A stretch of DNA of 34,293 nt from positions 1-34,293 of IMG/VR virus record IMGVR_UViG_3300031954_000037. One strand, written 5' to 3'. The notes beneath the pieces were generated by a model. That model ran no database searches and was not told the origin of the DNA. It saw only the letters and a program-made list of their open reading frames with translations. Every line of letters begins with the position of its first letter. Positions within the stretch are counted from its first letter, which is position 1. Position numbers and translations under genes: made by a program. The stretch comes from a virus (lineage: Duplodnaviria; Caudoviricetes). Below are positions 33,990-34,293 of this stretch, piece by piece.

Positions 33990-34293
33990 TCAAGCAGGGG
34001 CGTCGGCGACCTTCCACTTCTGGTCATAGACGCCGGGCGATTTCTTGATGGAGTCGGCGATGATTTTCGCTTGCTCGGCCATCGCCGCGGCGAGCCGGCG
34101 TTCATCGCTGATGTAGCAGAGCTGATAGTGGGAGTCGCAGTAAGGCCCACGCTCTACAGGACGCGCACACCACCTGGCAGGCTCATCCGCCTCGTGTAGC
34201 GGATACATGCATTGATTGGTCTTCGGCATCGTGGGCAGGCGCTGCTCTAACGTGGTCGGCACGATACCTACGACACCCGCGCGCCACAGAAAA
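33990..34293 (-). CDS. GcrA-family transcriptional regulator (5' end probably beyond the right edge)
   Basis: CMYPL......WCA......PYCDSHYQLCY matches the GcrA C-terminal C-x-[WY]-P...C...PYC-x2-H pattern. The frame is open to the window edge (FLWRAGVVGIVPTT). Confidence 0.75.
   Translation of the reverse strand, partial: FLWRAGVVGIVPTTLEQRLPTMPKTNQCMYPLHEADEPARWCARPVERGPYCDSHYQLCYISDERRLAAAMAEQAKIIADSIKKSPGVYDQKWKVADAPA

Larger units (their letters stand above)
1..34293 (-). mobile_element. Tailed phage/prophage late operon (siphovirus-like, GTA-type tail tip, probable alphaproteobacterial host)
   Basis: Canonical order terminase-portal-protease-capsid-adaptor-neck-tube-chaperone-tape measure-tip, all on minus strand with many ATGA/GTGA overlaps. 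No sheath gene. GcrA-like and DUF2460/DUF2163 genes point to Alphaproteobacteria. No att site, integrase or host gene in the window. Confidence 0.95.

Noticed and set aside
33988-33993. Minus-strand TTGACA as a sigma70 -35 element
   Set aside because: No plausible -10 at 16-18 nt spacing, and it overlaps the upstream stop codon

Overview
The whole window is the late (virion morphogenesis) operon of a tailed dsDNA phage or prophage with a non-contractile tail, probably infecting an alphaproteobacterium. All credible genes are on the minus strand and most are translationally coupled. From right to left: a GcrA-like regulator (cut by the window edge), a structured leader, small and large terminase, an inserted cassette (Zn-finger ORF, Ser/Thr/Ala-rich protein, TPR-glycosyltransferase, nucleoside deoxyribosyltransferase-like protein, NDP-sugar epimerase, DUF5672 glycosyltransferase), portal fused to a MuF-like domain, protease-scaffold, major capsid protein, small head proteins, head-tail adaptor, a four-gene fibre-like insert, neck, tail terminator, tail tube, chaperone with a -1 frameshift, tape measure, a GTA-type tail tip (two DUF2460 proteins, DUF2163, NlpC/P60, split tip protein), two membrane genes, a DUF5664 dNTP diphosphohydrolase and a partial HTH gene. 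The best candidate for an undescribed system is a virion protein-glycosylation cassette between terminase and portal. Also notable are a possible GcrA-linked late leader/attenuator, a recurring CTACCAC leader motif, small domains shared between virion proteins, a 431-nt terS/terL overlap, and the apparent absence of three 6-bp palindromes. All family calls are from motif recognition by eye; no searches were run.
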